IMG/VR virus record: IMGVR_UViG_2049941000_000602
Reading direction: 5' to 3' (one strand)
Length of the DNA: 55,407 nucleotides
Origin: an uncultured virus (IMG/VR IMGVR_UViG_2049941000_000602)
Lineage: Duplodnaviria; Heunggongvirae; Uroviricota; Caudoviricetes
Shown here: piece after piece, positions 51,143 through 55,407 of the stretch
How the letters are laid out: each line of letters starts with the position of its first letter
Position numbering within the stretch: the stretch's first letter is position 1
Position numbers and translations under genes: made by a program
The notes under the pieces: model-generated
The model's database searches: none
Seen by the model: the letters and a program-made list of their open reading frames with translations, nothing else
Told to the model about the DNA's origin: nothing

Positions 51143-52053
51143 TGAAAGACACACTGATTGTAAATCTCTATGGCGGCCCAGGTTCCGGGAAAAGTACCGG
51201 CGCGGCCTACCTATTCGCGAAACTGAAGATGGCCGGGGTTGACGCCGAGTACGTCACCGAGTTCGCCAAGGACAAGGTCTGGGAGGGAAACCAGGCGGCT
51301 TNNNNNNNNNNNNNNNNNNNNNNNNNNNNNNNNNNNNNNNNNNNNNNNNNNNNNNNNNNNNNNNNNNAGTTCTACATCACCGGCAAGCAGACGTTCAGGA
51401 TTTCCCGGTGCTTCGGCAAGGTAGACGTCATTGTCACGGACTCGCCGCTCCTGCTCGGAAAGATATATGCCAACCTTCGCGGACTGCCTATTCTCGGCAA
51501 CGCCTGCGTGGAGGCGGCAAAACAGTATGAAGGGCACACGCTCGACGTGATTGTACGGCGTACCAAGAAATACAATCCGAACGGGCGCAACCAGACCGAG
51601 GAAGAGGCAAGGGGCATAGATGTGGCCATACGCAACATGCTTGGCTACTACAATGTCCGGGCCAGCCAGATTGATGGAGACGATGAGGGCTACGCCAGCC
51701 TGTTCAGCCTGGTGATGAACACACTCAAGGACCGTAGGATTAAGAAAGAAGCCAATTCCGCCGGGGAAGATAAGCCACAGTTCCTGGATTTCCCGGGAAG
51801 GAAGGTGGTGAAGAACGGCATCTACCGGCACTTCAAGGGCAAGTACTACCTGGTCGAGGACATAGCAAATCACTCCGAGACCGGCGAGGAGATGGTGGTA
51901 TATCGCCACCTGTACGGGGACGGCGGACTGTGCGTCCGTCCGAAGGCGATGTTCCTGTCCGAGGTCGACCACGTGAAGTACCCGGATGTCAAGCAGCTGT
52001 ACAGGTTCGAACTGGTAGACGAGTTCAAGGAGGAAGCCGATGACAAACCGTGA
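51139..52053 (+). CDS. P-loop kinase (AAA_28/NadR-kinase-like) fused to DUF1653
   Basis: GGPGSGKST, EFAKD, VTDSP and GRNQT; then YRHFKG..Y..ANHSET..VVYR.LY..VRP..MF. Confidence 0.8.
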   Translation: MMKDTLIVNLYGGPGSGKSTGAAYLFAKLKMAGVDAEYVTEFAKDKVWEGNQAAXXXXXXXXXXXXXXXXXXXXXXXFYITGKQTFRISRCFGKVDVIVTDSPLLLGKIYANLRGLPILGNACVEAAKQYEGHTLDVIVRRTKKYNPNGRNQTEEEARGIDVAIRNMLGYYNVRASQIDGDDEGYASLFSLVMNTLKDRRIKKEANSAGEDKPQFLDFPGRKVVKNGIYRHFKGKYYLVEDIANHSETGEEMVVYRHLYGDGGLCVRPKAMFLSEVDHVKYPDVKQLYRFELVDEFKEEADDKP

Positions 52054-53427
52054 GGACATCAAGTTCAAGATGCTCGCGGCCAACCCGGCAGACATCTACG
52101 TGATGACTCACCAGAAGGCCGATGGAGGAATCGAATATGTGGTAATCAACGACTTCGGCATATTCAAGGCGACGAGCTTCTACGAGAACTGGATGGAGGC
52201 TACCTGGTTCGAATCCAGGGAAGAGGCCGAGTCCCAGATTGCCGACGGTGCTAGGAACGTGTATTCCGTGGAACACATCAGGGTTTCCCGGAATAACCTG
52301 GAACAGGGCGTCAAAGTCACAAAGGAACCGTCGAAGGCTAAGTTCAAGTGCACATGCGGCTGCGAGTTCGAGGCAGACCTCGATTCATGCAAGCAGACGC
52401 GCAGCGACCTTGAAGGCGAATACCGTGTCTACCAGTCCATATCTTTCTGGTCGAATTGCCCGGCATGCGGGGAAGAATGTGCCGACACGAGGATAAAATG
52501 AAGCGCGAGCGAGTAATAGAAATAGTCCAGATATGGCACGGGCTGAACCGGGATGACGCGGCAAACTACGTCGACGCCCTGATTGCCAGGGGAGACCGTA
52601 CAATCCGCATTCATCACGAACTTGTAGATATTGAACCTTGAGGAGGTTGACATGAGTCTACCTGACGAAACTGAAAAGAAATGGAAGAAGCTCCTTGACG
52701 AGGGCCCGCTGAAGGCACCTCCCTCCGTCGATACCGCCATGTGCGCAAAACTCCTGGCAAACCAGGAACATGCAACCCGCAAGAACAAGCGGTCAATCAA
52801 GGAAAGGTACAGGAAAATTTCCGAAAGCCAGTGGTTCAAGGACGCCTACGAGGGCAAGTCCATCGGCGAGACAATGGCTGTAGAGGAGTAAGTATGTCGA
52901 AAGCGAAATCCGCAAGCCAGTTCATCCCGTATTCTATGCTATGCAACCCCAGGAAAGACGGGGACGGCAAGGAGCTCGCCAGGGAACTCAGGAAGCGACT
53001 GAATGAAGTCCTGTATTGCTGGGGTGACTTTATCAGGATTAAATCATGCCGGTACTTGTCCGATGGCGACATCCGTGTAAGGATGGAAGTCCCCGACATG
53101 CTTAAGCAGACACTTACCGATACCCTATACGCCAACCAGGAGGAGATGGATATAGACATAATGGAAACCGGCGAGGACTAGGCGGTCACTACATATTAAC
53201 AGCAGATACTGATTGGAGGATGTATGCACTACATTGGAAATCTATGTAAATTGATGTTGGCACTTTGCAGCGTCGATACCGTATGCAAGTATATCTTCTG
53301 GGCGTGCATGTGGACGCTCGGCATATTGTGTCATGAGACCGATACGGTATGGTTCAAGGTGTCCGTTGCAATGCTTGCTATTGATACGGCAATGTTCATT
53401 TGCTACATGTACATGAAGCATCAATAG
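52040..53427 (+). CDS. Run of small hypothetical genes (52040..52501 zinc ribbon, 52498..52641, 52652..52891, 52894..53181, 53224..53427 membrane)
   Basis: Strong GGAGG/AGGAG RBS sites and tight packing. Confidence 0.6.
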
Positions 53428-53438
53428 AGCCAAGTCAA

Positions 53439-53932
53439 TCACCCATCCTCATCGGATGGGTCGGTTATCTCGACTAACCCCGGCTTCAGCACCGGAGGGT
53501 TATTGCGCAGCTTCTCGTAGACGGTACGGTTCTCCCTGGCGAACACGCACGGCTTGGTCTGCTTACGGTATTCGAGCAGCGAGCACATCTGCTGCCATTC
53601 CATCGGCGTCAGGGTGATGGTGGTATCCTGGAAATCGCCATGCATGGCGATGCGTTCTTTTCCGTCAGCATCCTTAATCAGCATTTCAGGTCCTCCAGGG
53701 CGCTTAGAGAGTCCAGCATGAACACGACGGGTTCCCGGGATTTCCCGGATGCTATCGGCACGACGGTCAGCTTCGCCAGCTTCTCGAAAATGGTTTCCAG
53801 GTCAGTATCGTGTCCGGTATTCTGCATTATGGCTTTAAGGGATTCCTCGTCGCATGTGTCGACGTAGCAGTCCCTCATTGCACGGTCGAACGATGCCTGC
53901 TCTTCCGGCGAGAGGACGCACGGGAGGGCTAN
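53439..53932 (-). CDS. Hypothetical gene 53439..53684 plus the 3' part of an upstream gene
   Basis: GGAGG RBS on the minus strand; upstream gene truncated by a gap. Confidence 0.5.
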
Positions 53933-54667
53933 NNNNNNNNNNNNNNNNNNNNNNNNNNNNNNNNNNNNNNNNNNNNNNNNNNNNNNNNNNNNNNNNNNNN
54001 NNNNNNNNNNNNNNNNNNNNNNNNNNNNNNNNNNNNNNNNNNNNNNNNNNNNNNNNNNNNNNNNNNNNNNNNNNNNNNNNNNNNNNNNNNNNNNNNNNNN
54101 NNNNNNNNNNNNNNNNNNNNNNNNNNNNNNNNNNNNNNNNNNNNNNNNNNNNNNNNNNNNNNNNNNNNNNNNNNNNNNNNNNNNNNNNNNNNNNNGAAGA
54201 ATATGTGCCTCAGGGGCACCGGTGACCACAGTACAATCGCGGCAATCGTCAGGATTGATGGAACCCAGCCTACATCCGGCGTGTTCGTCACAAACATGTA
54301 TGCCAGTAAGATGATTCCCGGAAGCAGCACGGCGAGTCCGAGCATGATACGTTTCATCCAGGTCCAGATGCCGTGCAGGCAANNNNNNNNNNNNNNNNNN
54401 NNNNNNNNNNNNNNNNNNNNNNNNNNNNNNNNNNNNNNNNNNNNNNNNNNNNNNNNNNNNNNNNNNNNNNNNNNNNNNNNNNNNNNNNNNNNNNNNNNNN
54501 NNNNNNNNNNNNNNNNNNNNNNNNNNNNNNNNNNNNNNNNNNNNNNNNNNNNNNNNNNNNNNNNNNNNNNNNNNNNNNNNNNNNNNNNNNNNNNNNNNNN
54601 NNNNNNNNNNNNNNNNNNNNNNNNNNNNNNNNNNNNNNNNNNNNNNNNNNNNNNNNNNNNNNNNNNN

Positions 54668-55135
54668 CATATAAGTTCAGAATTGGGCAAGTATATTCAT
54701 GACCGGCGTATGCTATATGAAATTGTCAATGCAATTTCTCGCATTGATTTCACGTTCAAGAAATATAATACTTGCATAACGTATGGTACGTTCGACCTGT
54801 TTCATATAGGCCATTTGCGCTTGTTGCAGCGAATCAAAGCAATGTGCTCCACTTTAATCGTTGCCGTATCTACCGATGNNNNNNNNNNTATTCCGTATGA
54901 ACAGAGGGCAGCCATTGTGGGTGCAATCGAATATGTTGACCTCGTGATACCGGAGACTAACTGGGAGCAGAAGTCTACGGATATAGAAAAATATCAGGTA
55001 AATGCGTTTGTGATGGGAAACGACTGGGAAGGAAAATTTGACTTTCTGAAAGATAAGTGCGAGGTGGTTTATCTGCCAAGGACAGATGGAATCTCCAGTA
55101 CGGAAATCAAGACATGTATGAAGGAGAATGTATGA
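54668..55135 (+). CDS. tagD: Glycerol-3-phosphate cytidylyltransferase domain, apparently with an N-terminal extension lost in the gap
   Basis: ITYGTFDLFHIGH, VAVSTD, VMGNDWEGKFD and YLPRTDGISSTEIK. Confidence 0.9.
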   Translation, partial: HISSELGKYIHDRRMLYEIVNAISRIDFTFKKYNTCITYGTFDLFHIGHLRLLQRIKAMCSTLIVAVSTDXXXXIPYEQRAAIVGAIEYVDLVIPETNWEQKSTDIEKYQVNAFVMGNDWEGKFDFLKDKCEVVYLPRTDGISSTEIKTCMKENV

Positions 55136-55366
55136 AAAAGGACTTTATTTTATTCGAGTCGTATCCCAATTTCAGCGGCAGTGCANNNNNNNNNNAAACG
55201 ATTTTGAGTGCTACTCATTTAATCGTAGACTCTAACCGGTACATCAACAAAGGCGAAGCCGATTTCCGGATTCACCTTAGACATGGATGCAGTTTTAAAA
55301 AATGCATTGATTATTATTCCAAAATAGGAGATATTGATGCCATCATAACCACGTCGGATGCAATGA
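55132..55366 (+). CDS. N-terminal fragment of a possible TagF-like CDP-glycerol glycerophosphotransferase
   Basis: ILFES..FSG and IHLRHG..FKK; coupled to tagD. Confidence 0.5.
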
Positions 55367-55407
55367 AGATCGGAAGAGCGTCGTGTAGGGAAAGAGTGTA
55401 GATCTCG
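55367..55407 (+). other. Illumina TruSeq adapter contamination
   Basis: AGATCGGAAGAGCGTCGTGTAGGGAAAGAGTGTAGATCTCG. Confidence 0.99.

Noticed and set aside
2248..52095. Long antisense ORFs (e.g. 7390..8382, 13872..15170, 27860..28675, 51211..52095)
   Set aside because: Shadows of GC3-rich sense genes; no RBS, promoter motif or recognisable domains
1..55366. Stop-codon reassignment as seen in some large phages
   Set aside because: TAA, TAG and TGA all end well-defined genes; the ORF breaks I examined coincide with N gaps
55367..55407. C-terminal IGRASCRERV peptide
   Set aside because: Translation of the Illumina adapter

Overview
This window looks like a fragment of a large (probably jumbo) dsDNA phage genome from a metagenomic scaffold. 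It has densely packed, mostly hypothetical genes with ATGA/TAATG overlaps, standard genetic code, and no rRNA, tRNA, CRISPR array or integrase that I could find. The scaffold has many N gaps. Several genes are split or out of order, and near-identical segments beside gaps are most likely co-assembled strain alleles rather than real duplications. The last 41 nt are Illumina adapter. Recognisable genes fall into four groups. (1) RNA repair and nucleotide handling: T4 Rnl1-like RNA ligase, RlaP-like nucleotidyltransferase, Thg1, three calcineurin-like phosphoesterases, a CX5R phosphatase, two NUDIX domains and two nucleotide kinase-like proteins. (2) Glycan genes: two glycosyltransferase-like genes, UDP-galactopyranose mutase, and an AT-richer TagD/TagF-like end. 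(3) Others: an AAA+ ATPase and HicB-like, HTH, TerD-like and DUF1848-like proteins. (4) An apparently inactive shikimate dehydrogenase homologue. The most striking signals are regulatory. One intergenic motif (TTGCTATATTT) occurs about 15 times and resembles the FCB-group -7 promoter element. A second motif ([G/T]ATAAACT) sits exactly 7 nt before the ATG of three genes whose products share an N-terminal, protease-site-like leader. There is also a candidate small RNA presenting an anti-Shine-Dalgarno loop, a hairpin that cages an SD and start codon, a family of unrelated proteins sharing an N-terminal anchor helix, and a 326-bp cassette flanked by a duplicated gene 3' end. All family assignments come from reading motifs by eye, not from database searches.
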